Below are positions 29,861-37,750 of a stretch of 37,750 nt of DNA, in pieces. Numbering within the stretch: the stretch's first letter is position 1; every line of letters begins with the position of its first letter. Source of the DNA: Betaproteobacteria bacterium (lineage in GTDB: Bacteria > Pseudomonadota > Gammaproteobacteria > Burkholderiales > Casimicrobiaceae). The notes beneath the pieces were generated by a model. It did not search any database, had not been told where the DNA came from, and saw only the letters and a list, made by a program, of their open reading frames with translations. The DNA lies in the NCBI GenBank assembly GCA_031361405.1, contig JANMCS010000114.1, positions 1 to 37,750 of the forward strand, written 5' to 3'. The position numbers and the translations under genes were made by a program.

Positions 29861-30454
29861 TCAGTTGAGCGTGGTGATGTAGTGCGCCAGGTTCTCGATG
29901 TCCTGGTCGGACAGCGTACCCGCCACCGAGGTCATGTTACCGGCATCGTTGGTACGCCGCTTGTGCTTGAAATCCTGCAACTGCTTGACGACATACTCGT
30001 AGTTCTGGCCAGCGACGCGGGGAATTTCGTTCTGCCCCGTGAATCCGCCCATGTGACACATCGGGCACAGGACGGCATCGGATATCTTGAGCCCCGCACT
30101 GACCTTGGCCGAATCGGCCTTGAACTGGTTGGTCGCCGGCTTCTGGGCCGCGAACCAGTTGCCCAGCGCGATCATATCGTCGCGCGACAAGTCGGCAGCC
30201 ATCGGCGACATCACCGGGTCCGAGCGGCGGCCTTCCTTGAAATCCTTGAGTTCGACATAGATGTAGCGCCACGTCTGTCCCGCCAGGCTGGGGTACTGCG
30301 GGATCAACGCGTTGCCATTGGGTCCATGGCACGACATGCACAAGTCCGCCTGCGGCGGCTTGGGCGGCGCCGGGGCTGCTTGCGCCGACGCGCTACCGGA
30401 ACCCGCCCAATACAGGAATGCGCACGACGCCACCGCAACGAAAATTGAGTTCAT
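29861..30454 (-). CDS. Periplasmic diheme cytochrome c4-type protein
   Basis: Signal peptide; two CXXCH motifs (CMSCH, CPMCH); YPSLAGQ and IPRVAGQ; distal Met candidates. Confidence 0.9.
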   Translation of the reverse strand: MNSIFVAVASCAFLYWAGSGSASAQAAPAPPKPPQADLCMSCHGPNGNALIPQYPSLAGQTWRYIYVELKDFKEGRRSDPVMSPMAADLSRDDMIALGNWFAAQKPATNQFKADSAKVSAGLKISDAVLCPMCHMGGFTGQNEIPRVAGQNYEYVVKQLQDFKHKRRTNDAGNMTSVAGTLSDQDIENLAHYITTLN

Positions 30455-30476
30455 CGTACCGATTCTAAACCATGCC

Positions 30477-30510
30477 AAAAAAACGGCCACCTTTTACACC
30501 AAGGTGGCCG
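30477..30510 (-). terminator. Rho-independent terminator after the PQQ dehydrogenase gene
   Basis: Stem CGGCCACCTT / AAGGTGGCCG (30484-30493, 30501-30510), followed on the minus strand by T7 (A7 at 30477-30483). Confidence 0.8.
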
Positions 30511-30534
30511 GATTGGAGCGTTGCGTACGGTCGG

Positions 30535-32265
30535 TCAGGGAATGGCAAACACAAACACGCTGTTGCCGCGCTTGGCATCGATCTGGTTGTTGCCGCCTGC
30601 GGCCACGGCAACGTACTGCTTGCCATTGACCATATACGACACCGCCGGGGCGTTGACGCCCGCACCGGCATTGTATTTCCACAGTTCCTTGCCGTTGGTG
30701 GCGTCGAAGGCCCGGAACCAGCCGTTGGCTTCGCCGTTGAACACGACGTTGCCGGCCGTGGCGAGCACGCCGCCGATCAGCGGCTGGGGCGTCTTCACAC
30801 CCCAGGCCACCTTGCCGGTATCCATGTTGACCGCCACCAGACGTCCCCATTGGGCTTCACTGGGGATGGTCTTGAAGGCGCCACCCAGCCACAGCTTGCC
30901 ACCGGGATAGGGCGACTCCTCGACGTGATAGGTCATCGGCTGGTGCAGGTTGGCCGCATAGGCCATGCGGGTCTTCGGATTGATGGCGAGCGGGGACCAC
31001 TCGACGCCGCCGTTGGCGCCCGGCAGCATCCGCGCGCCGTCCTTGGTGGGCAGCACCCACATGTTCTCCTGCGGGATCATCGCCTCCGAGAACCGGATCA
31101 TCTTGCCCGTGTTGCGTTCGTGGATGTAGACGTGCCCGGTCTTGCCGCCATGGATGACGACGTCGACCAACTTGCCGGACGCATCCTTGGCCTGCGTCAG
31201 TATCGGCGGGCTGACGGCGTCGAGGTCCCACACGTCATGCGCAATGTACTGCGAATGCCATTTGTAGGTTCCCTTGTCGAGATCGACTGCCACCATGGAA
31301 TCGGTGTACAGGTTGTCGCCCGGACGGATAGCGCCATACAGGTCTGGCGACGGGTTGCCAACGACGAAGAAGACCGTGCGGGTCTTGATGTCGATGGCCG
31401 GCGTCATCCACACGCCGCCGCCCAACGTCTGGAAGAAATCGCCACCTTTTTCGGCCAGCATTTTCATTTCGGCGGCAATGTCGCGATGCATGTCGCGACC
31501 GGTGGCGTCGTTGACGGCCCACACCCCTTCGTGTCCCTTGTCGGGAATGGTATTGAACGTCCACAACAACTTGCCATCAGCTGAATTGAAGGCCTTCACG
31601 AAGCCGCGCACGCCGTATTCGCCGCCGTTGGTGCCGATGAGCACCTTGCCGTCGATCACTGCTGGCGCCATCGTTTCCGAGTAGCCCTTTTCCGGATCGG
31701 CGATCTGCGTTTCCCAGAGCAGCTTGCCGGTCTTGGCGTCCAGCGCCACCAGCTTGGCGTCGAGCGTGCCCATGAAGAGGCGATCGCCTTCGATCGCCAC
31801 GCCGCGGTTGTTGGGGCCGCAGCAGAACGTCGTGATCGGGCCCATCTTGTGCTTGTAGTGCCAGTACTCCTCGCCAGTGGCTGCGTCGATCGCATAGACG
31901 TGGTTGAACGAAGTCGTGAGGAACATGACGCCATTGACGACAATAGGCGCGGTCTCCATCGACTCCAGGACGGCTGTCTGGAAGACGAAAGCCGGCTTCA
32001 GCTTACCGACGTTGCCCGCGTTGATCTGCGCGCCCGGGTAGTACCGTGTCTGCTCATAGCTGCCGTTCGAGTGGATCCAGTTTTTCGCGTCCGTCGCTGC
32101 CGCATTGAGCATCGGCTGCGTGATCGAGACCAGGTTGGACGACATCGGCTTGGCTGCGGTCGTGGCGCCGCCGCCCGAAATTTCCTGCGCTGAGAGCACC
32201 CCGCACCACGCCAACGCCAATGCGCTGGCCATGGCGGCACCGACAATCTGACGACGGACAAGCAT
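30535..32265 (-). CDS. Periplasmic PQQ-dependent alcohol dehydrogenase (type I-like), candidate lanthanide enzyme
   Basis: Signal peptide; ETAPIVVNG, vicinal [48 protein letters not shown]. No C-terminal heme domain. RBS GGGAGG. Confidence 0.92.
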   Translation of the reverse strand: MLVRRQIVGAAMASALALAWCGVLSAQEISGGGATTAAKPMSSNLVSITQPMLNAAATDAKNWIHSNGSYEQTRYYPGAQINAGNVGKLKPAFVFQTAVLESMETAPIVVNGVMFLTTSFNHVYAIDAATGEEYWHYKHKMGPITTFCCGPNNRGVAIEGDRLFMGTLDAKLVALDAKTGKLLWETQIADPEKGYSETMAPAVIDGKVLIGTNGGEYGVRGFVKAFNSADGKLLWTFNTIPDKGHEGVWAVNDATGRDMHRDIAAEMKMLAEKGGDFFQTLGGGVWMTPAIDIKTRTVFFVVGNPSPDLYGAIRPGDNLYTDSMVAVDLDKGTYKWHSQYIAHDVWDLDAVSPPILTQAKDASGKLVDVVIHGGKTGHVYIHERNTGKMIRFSEAMIPQENMWVLPTKDGARMLPGANGGVEWSPLAINPKTRMAYAANLHQPMTYHVEESPYPGGKLWLGGAFKTIPSEAQWGRLVAVNMDTGKVAWGVKTPQPLIGGVLATAGNVVFNGEANGWFRAFDATNGKELWKYNAGAGVNAPAVSYMVNGKQYVAVAAGGNNQIDAKRGNSVFVFAIP

Positions 32266-32440
32266 GATCGACCTCCCGGGTGGTTATTATTGGATGGACT
32301 TTGACGCGGCGATCCCCTGCAATCGGCATGACGTCCCGACTGCGAGGGGTGAAGCTCGTTTATAGTACTTTTCGATGCAGTTGAAAACTACATGTCATAC
32401 CGCGTCGCAACATCCGTGCGCGGAAACCGGGGGAAATGAT

Positions 32441-33106
32441 ATGCGAATTCACTGGCGCGCTGGCCTCTTCTCAGTGCTTTGCTGCGTTGCACACGCCGCG
32501 GCTGCGCAAAATGCACCGCAGGACAACCTGTCGACCAACGCAAGGTTCCTGGCCTACGCCCGGGCCGGTAGCGCCGAGGGCATGAAGAAGAGCCTGGCCG
32601 ACGGCGCCGCCGTGAACTCGCGCAATCGCCTGGGCGAGTCGGCACTGATCATTCTCCTCAAGGCCAACAAGGTCGAACTCGCGCAACTGGTCCTCGACGC
32701 CGGCGCCGATGTCAATCAAGCTGCGGTGAATGGCATCACGCCGCTGATGGCCGCATCGTTCGGCGGCTATGCCGACATGGCGCGGCAGCTGCTGGCCAAA
32801 GGGGCGAATCCAGCCGCGGTCGACCGCTTGCAGAAGACGGCGATGACCTACGCCGCAGGCGAAGGCCACACGGCCATCGTCGTGATGCTGCTCGAGCGCG
32901 GTGTGGATCCCAATGCGGCGTACAACAACGACCTGACGGCGCTCATGTGGGCCGCCGGATTCGGCAAGACCGACACCGCGCAGGCGTTGCTGAAGGCTGG
33001 TGCCGATCCGCGCCGGAAGGATAATCGCGGCAAGACCGCCGCCGATATGGCCCGCGAACAGAAGTTCAATGCATTGGCGGAATTGCTCGACACGGCAGCC
33101 CGGTAG
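32441..33106 (+). CDS. Secreted ankyrin-repeat protein
   Basis: Signal peptide; repeats GESAL...GADVN, GITPLMAA...GAN, KTAMTYAA..G, LTALMWAA..G, GKTAAD. Confidence 0.9.
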   Translation: MRIHWRAGLFSVLCCVAHAAAAQNAPQDNLSTNARFLAYARAGSAEGMKKSLADGAAVNSRNRLGESALIILLKANKVELAQLVLDAGADVNQAAVNGITPLMAASFGGYADMARQLLAKGANPAAVDRLQKTAMTYAAGEGHTAIVVMLLERGVDPNAAYNNDLTALMWAAGFGKTDTAQALLKAGADPRRKDNRGKTAADMAREQKFNALAELLDTAAR

Positions 33107-33158
33107 CCGGCGTGGGCGCCGAGGCGTCGAGCGGCGCCCGCCACGCCGCGCAGAAGCT

Positions 33159-33233
33159 GCCGCAATCGCGCGCAACGCCGCCGCAACCAGCTGACGCGGG
33201 GCCGCAATCGCGCCCAACGCCGCCGCAACTAGC
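33159..33233. repeat. 33-bp direct repeat, two copies, 42-bp period
   Basis: GCCGCAATCGCGCGCAACGCCGCCGCAACCAGC (33159-33191) versus GCCGCAATCGCGCCCAACGCCGCCGCAACTAGC (33201-33233); 2 mismatches. Confidence 0.8.
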
Positions 33234-33771
33234 GGGCGCGCCCCAACCCCATCCGCGCCAGCAGTCCGTCACGCAGCGCCACGGCGTGCCATAGCGCGCC
33301 GGCAAGATGCAGCGTCACCAGGGCGCCAATGGTGATTGCGCCAGCGAAATGCACGGCGCTCATGAAGTCCTTGATACCGTCGTCTTTCCAGCCCCACCCC
33401 GGCAGGACCACGCCGAAATATTTCACCGGGTATCCGCTGAACACCGAGCCGAGATAGCCGGCCACTGGCTGCACGAACAACACGGCGTACAGCAGGATGT
33501 GTGTCGCGTGCGCCAGCAGGGCCTGCCAGCGGGGCATTGCGGGCAATGCGGGTGCGGGATGCGTGAGGCGCCACATGGAGCGCAGGACCATCAGCAGCAG
33601 GATCGTCATCCCGATGGACTTGTGCAGGTTGAAGGCATCCACCCGCGGACCCACCGGTTGTTTGGGAATGCCGACCATCCACCAGCCCCAGCCGAACTGC
33701 ACGATCACCGCCACCGCGATCAGCCAATGCAACGCGATCGCGGTCCTGGTGTAGCGCTCAGAACGCGGCAT
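33229..33771 (-). CDS. Cytochrome b561 (CybB/YceJ family)
   Basis: RYTRTAIALHWL, NLHKSIG, THILLY, HFAGA...LHLAGALWH, D..L.RM. Four TM helices. Confidence 0.9.
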   Translation of the reverse strand: MPRSERYTRTAIALHWLIAVAVIVQFGWGWWMVGIPKQPVGPRVDAFNLHKSIGMTILLLMVLRSMWRLTHPAPALPAMPRWQALLAHATHILLYAVLFVQPVAGYLGSVFSGYPVKYFGVVLPGWGWKDDGIKDFMSAVHFAGAITIGALVTLHLAGALWHAVALRDGLLARMGLGRAR

Positions 33772-35869
33772 TGACACTTACTCCCGCGAACCAATGGCGT
33801 CCTGGCGCCGGTTCGAAATAGCGTCCGTTGGTGTCGCCCACGATCACTGATCCCGCGTAATTGGCGTTGGCAATGTTATTGACCCGCACATACCCGGTGA
33901 ACCGCACAGCGCCGGCGCTCTGTGCGAATCCCACGCGTACATTGCCGATCGTATAGGGCGGCGCGTAAGCCGCGTTGCGATCGTTGACGTAGATGCGGCC
34001 GACATATTGCACCTCTACCGCCGCGCTGAATCCGCCGAAGTTGCCCGGTGTCCAGTCGAGTACGCCGTAGGCCTGTTGGGGCGGCACGCCCGGCAGTCGC
34101 GAGCCCGCGGGCACGGTCACGGGCGGCAACCCGGAGGGAAACGCATCGACGAATTCTGCCAGCAGGTACGTGTAGTTGAAATGCGCCCTGAAGTCCGCGG
34201 GCAGCCGCGCGTCCCACGCGAGTTCTGCCCCACGCCGTCGCGTCTTGCCGGCGTTGCGGTACGTCGTGCGGCCGCCGGTGGCCGCATCCACCACGATTTC
34301 CTGCGACGTGTCGGCCGCAAACAGCGCGACATTGACGCGCTGCGTGGGTGACGGCAGCCATTTCAGGCCCACTTCATACGATGTCGACGTGGCGGGATCA
34401 AGCCCGAGGTTCAGGCCCGCGCCTGCCGGCCGATACGCCAGCTCCGCGAAAGTGGGCGTTTCAAAACCCTGGCCGTAGCTCGCATAGACATTGAGCGCGT
34501 CGGTCGCGTGCCACACGATGCCGGCAATCGGGCTGGTATTGCTGTACTTGCGCGACCCGCTGTCGTCCGGATTGGTCGACGTGATGTAATGGTCGACCGA
34601 GTCATAGTCGACGCGGCTGGTGCGCACGCCGAGCGTCAGTGACAGCGCCGGCAACGCTGCCCATTGCGCTTCGAAGTACGCATCCGTGCTGTTGACGCGA
34701 TCGATTTCGTCGCGCCGCAAGGCCCCCTGCGCGCCATTGTTGTTGACGAAACCCTGTCGCTGCTCGCGCATGCGGTCGCCATCGACGCCCACCGACACTG
34801 TCAACGGACGCCCGCCCAATGCGCCCGTCCAGATAAAGCGCGCCCCAAGGCCACCGTAGTCGCGATCGAGATTGACCACGCCGCCGGACGAGGTGGCACC
34901 GATACCAGACAGCGCCAGGTATTGTCCGATCTGCCGATTGCCGCCATACCCGGTCACACGCAGCGTCGTGGCGGCATTGAACGCATGCTCGATGGCAACG
35001 CCTCCCTGCAGCTGGTTCACCGTCTTGCGGGTGTTGAACAGTGCGGTCACCGGGTCGGCCTGCCGCGGATTGGCGTCCCATTGCGCCTGCGTCAGGCCGA
35101 GCGGATCCTGCGCCTCCGGCTGATGCTGTGAGCTGCCGATCACGGTCACCTTCGTCGCGGCGGCAACATTGAAGACCAGCTTGGCATTGGCCACATCGCG
35201 CGTGGCGGCCGAGTGGTCGCGGTAGCCGTCGGTATCGAAATGGTGGGCGGCCACGACATAGCCCAGGTTGCTCGCGGTGCCCGAAGCGATCAGGCCGGTA
35301 TTAAGTGTGCGATAGCTGCCCGCGCTGGCGCTGAAGCCCACAACCGGCGTCAGGGACGGATCCTCGGTGAAGACCGAGATCACGCCCCCGGAAGCATTGC
35401 CGTACAGCGTGGAGAAAGGCCCGCGCAGCACTTCGATGCGGGCTGCGGACAACAGGCTGAAGCTTCCCGTCTGGCCCTGCCCGTCCGGCATCGTGGCCGG
35501 AATGAAATCCTGATACAGCCGCACGCCGCGCACGCCAAACGTGGCGCGTCCGCCGAAACCCCGCGAGCTGACCTGCAGATCCTGCGCATAGTTGCCGCGA
35601 TTGGCCGCAAACACACCGGGGACGCGCACCAGCGTCTCCGACAGGTTGATCGCCGGCTGGCCATCGCGAATCGTGGCACCGTCGATGCTGTCCACCGAGG
35701 CCGGGATGTCAAAACTGCGTTCATTGCGGCGCGTGGCCGTGACGACCACCGGGTCGAGGGTCGCGGCCCCCGGGTCGGCCTGCGCCTGCACCACCGGAAT
35801 CGATTCCGCGAGCGCCAGCACGGCCATGCAGGACGCCAACACGATGCGGGCCGAACGGGTGGCAATCAT
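33758..35869 (-). CDS. pqqU: TonB-dependent receptor, YncD/PqqU-like (putative PQQ importer)
   Basis: NYAQDLQVSSRGFG.RATFGVRGVRLY..IPATMPDGQGQ, EVLRGPFSTLYGNASGGVI, GFETPT..EL.Y, C-terminal GSVIV...NGRYFEPAPGR and terminal Phe. All recalled from E. coli YncD. Confidence 0.82.
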   Translation of the reverse strand: MIATRSARIVLASCMAVLALAESIPVVQAQADPGAATLDPVVVTATRRNERSFDIPASVDSIDGATIRDGQPAINLSETLVRVPGVFAANRGNYAQDLQVSSRGFGGRATFGVRGVRLYQDFIPATMPDGQGQTGSFSLLSAARIEVLRGPFSTLYGNASGGVISVFTEDPSLTPVVGFSASAGSYRTLNTGLIASGTASNLGYVVAAHHFDTDGYRDHSAATRDVANAKLVFNVAAATKVTVIGSSQHQPEAQDPLGLTQAQWDANPRQADPVTALFNTRKTVNQLQGGVAIEHAFNAATTLRVTGYGGNRQIGQYLALSGIGATSSGGVVNLDRDYGGLGARFIWTGALGGRPLTVSVGVDGDRMREQRQGFVNNNGAQGALRRDEIDRVNSTDAYFEAQWAALPALSLTLGVRTSRVDYDSVDHYITSTNPDDSGSRKYSNTSPIAGIVWHATDALNVYASYGQGFETPTFAELAYRPAGAGLNLGLDPATSTSYEVGLKWLPSPTQRVNVALFAADTSQEIVVDAATGGRTTYRNAGKTRRRGAELAWDARLPADFRAHFNYTYLLAEFVDAFPSGLPPVTVPAGSRLPGVPPQQAYGVLDWTPGNFGGFSAAVEVQYVGRIYVNDRNAAYAPPYTIGNVRVGFAQSAGAVRFTGYVRVNNIANANYAGSVIVGDTNGRYFEPAPGRHWFAGVSVNAAF

Positions 35870-35988
35870 TGCTGTATGGGGTGGGTAGGCGGTGCGACAG
35901 GATAGAGTAAAGTCGGGATGTTCCAAAGTCACGATGATTCGCCAAACGCGGATTCGCGCATCGCTCGCCCCTATCTTCAGGACCGCTC

Positions 35989-36939
35989 ATGATTCACCCG
36001 TTCCCGCTGCGCGCTTCCGCCGCGATTGCCACATTCTGTATCGCCCAGATGGTTGGTGCCGCGACCGCCTACGTTCCCAATGAAGGGTCCGGCACGATCT
36101 CGGTGATCGACACGACCACCGACAAGGTGACCGCCACCATTCGCCACGGCAAAAAGCCACGCGGGATTGCGTTGTCGGCCGATGGCACGCGCCTCTACCT
36201 TTCCGACCAGATCGGCAACGCACTGGTCGTGGTGGACACCGCCAGGGGCGCCACGATCGCCACCGTTCCGCTCGGCGACTCGCCCGAGGCGATCTATCTC
36301 TCCGCCGATGGCAAGTGGCTGTCGGCAGCCATCGAGGAGAACGACCAGGTATTGCTGATCGATACCGCGTCCCTGAAGGTCGTTCACCGGCTGAAGATGA
36401 AAGGCAAGAACCCCGAACATGCCGTGTTCAGTCCCGATGGCAAATGGCTTTATGTCAGCGCGGAAGAAGGCGACACCGTCGATATCGTCGACCTCGGCCG
36501 TCTTGAAGTCGTGAAGTCGGTCAAGGTGGGCGAGCGCCCGCGCGGCATCGGCTTCCTGCCCGACAGCAGCCGTGCCTATGTGGCCGCCGAGAATGCGGAC
36601 ACCGTCAATGTCCTCGACACAACAACGCACGAGGTGATCGCGCGCATCAAGTCCGGCGCGCGCTCCAACGGCGTCCTCGTCCATCCCGACGGCAAGCGGG
36701 TGTTCGTCACCTCCGGCGGCAAAGGTACCGTGCAGGTCATCGACACCGCGACGAATGCGATCGTGCGGGAAATCGCCGTTGGACGTCGGCCCTGGAACAT
36801 GGCGCTGACACCTGACGGAAGGAAGCTCTATATCGCGGCCGGACGCTCGAATGCGGTGGCGGTCGTGGATACCGAGACCTATGTCAAGGTCACGGAAATT
36901 GCGGTCGGTGAATTACCCTGGGGCGTGGCAATCCGCTAA
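35989..36939 (+). CDS. YVTN beta-propeller repeat protein (quinoprotein-cluster associated)
   Basis: Signal peptide; seven repeats of about 42 aa such as AYVPNEGSGTISVIDT, PRGIALSADG.RLY, PEHAVFSPDGKWLYV, PWNMALTPDGRKLY. Confidence 0.88.
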   Translation: MIHPFPLRASAAIATFCIAQMVGAATAYVPNEGSGTISVIDTTTDKVTATIRHGKKPRGIALSADGTRLYLSDQIGNALVVVDTARGATIATVPLGDSPEAIYLSADGKWLSAAIEENDQVLLIDTASLKVVHRLKMKGKNPEHAVFSPDGKWLYVSAEEGDTVDIVDLGRLEVVKSVKVGERPRGIGFLPDSSRAYVAAENADTVNVLDTTTHEVIARIKSGARSNGVLVHPDGKRVFVTSGGKGTVQVIDTATNAIVREIAVGRRPWNMALTPDGRKLYIAAGRSNAVAVVDTETYVKVTEIAVGELPWGVAIR

Positions 36940-36999
36940 CATCGCTCCGGTCAGCCACAACAAGAGTCGGCGCCCGTCGTCGACCGCCGCCGAGGAACG

Positions 37000-37750
37000 A
37001 TGGAAATTTCGTGGGTGCGTGTTGCGCGCCTGGCCGGGTGCATGTTGGTTGCCCATGGTGCATCCGGCCTTGCGCCAGCGCAGTCCCCCGTGGATTTCGC
37101 CCCGGTCGAGGTGATTGGCGTGGCGCCCTTGCCGGGATTGGGCACACCCATCGGGCAGATCCCATCCAACGTGCAATCGTTCGGCGCCCGCATTCTGGGT
37201 CGCCAACGCACCACCGGCGTGGCCGAGTTCCTCGAGCTCAATGCCAACAGCGTGGCGATCAATACGCCGAGCGGCAACGATTTTCAGAGCGATCTCAGCT
37301 TTCGCGGGTTCACCGCCTCGCCACTGCTGGGAACGCCGCAGGGGCTGTCGGTCTTTCAGGATGGTGTGCGCATCAACGAAGCGTTTGCCGACATTGTGAA
37401 CTGGGATCTGATCCCGCAGAACGCCATTGCCGCAATGCAGCTCCTGCCCGGATCGAATCCGGTGTTTGGCCTCAACACGCTGGGTGGCGCACTGGCGATC
37501 ACGATGAAGGATGGCTTCGCGTACCAGGGCGCGGGCCTCGAGGCGTACGCCGGTTCGTTCGGCCGCCGGTGGATTGCGGCCGATGCCGGCGGGTCGAGCG
37601 GACCGTGGGCGGGCTTTGCGGCGGTGGAGGCGCTGCGCGACGATGGCTGGCGCGAGCACTCGGCCACGCGCATCGCGCGCCTCTTCGCCCGCGGCGACTG
37701 GCGCGACGCGGCCGATGACGTCGGTATCGCGCTCTCGCTCGCCGACAATG
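37000..37750 (+). CDS. TonB-dependent receptor, N-terminal part (runs off the window; missing from the ORF track)
   Basis: Manual translation from ATG 37000 (RBS GAGGA) is open to the end: MEISWVR...VEVIGVAPLPG...FRGFTASPLLGTPQGLSVFQDGVRINEAFADIVNWDLIP...GSNPVFGLNTLGGAL. Confidence 0.9.
   Translation, partial: MEISWVRVARLAGCMLVAHGASGLAPAQSPVDFAPVEVIGVAPLPGLGTPIGQIPSNVQSFGARILGRQRTTGVAEFLELNANSVAINTPSGNDFQSDLSFRGFTASPLLGTPQGLSVFQDGVRINEAFADIVNWDLIPQNAIAAMQLLPGSNPVFGLNTLGGALAITMKDGFAYQGAGLEAYAGSFGRRWIAADAGGSSGPWAGFAAVEALRDDGWREHSATRIARLFARGDWRDAADDVGIALSLADN

Noticed and set aside
33159-33233. CRISPR array
   Set aside because: Only two copies with a 9-nt spacer, and no cas genes.

Overview
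GC-rich bacterial chromosomal window, probably betaproteobacterial (inferred from gene content). From left to right it holds: (1) the 3' part of the error-prone polymerase gene dnaE2, which carries an in-frame 88-bp AT-richer hairpin and is followed by a GTAG-type REP doublet; (2) a SulP/STAS transporter and a tightly coupled operon of MerA/LPD-like flavoprotein, TVP38/DedA protein, DUF547, a ferritin-like diiron protein, two TIGR04283-like glycosyltransferases and a TIGR04282/DUF2064 transferase, with no radical-SAM partner in view; (3) a small PagP-like barrel and a LuxR-type regulator divergent from a methyltransferase-VOC pair, with a perfect 7-2-7 operator between them; (4) a form II coxSLM molybdo-hydroxylase cluster (coxS-L-M ... 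coxD-E ... coxG-xdhC) interrupted twice, once by a glpSTPQUV-type glycerol ABC transporter flanked by an IS91/ISCR-like remnant and a truncated HTH antitoxin, and once by two small opposite-strand genes; (5) a quinoprotein module: diheme cytochrome c4, PQQ alcohol dehydrogenase with a lanthanide-type DxD motif, ankyrin protein, cytochrome b561, YncD/PqqU-like TonB receptor, YVTN beta-propeller and a second TonB receptor running off the window. Leading hypotheses are a PQQ- and lanthanide-scavenging periplasmic oxidation system, a kinase-independent glycerol oxidation route, and a palindromic element domesticated inside DnaE2. All family calls come from recognised motifs, not database searches.
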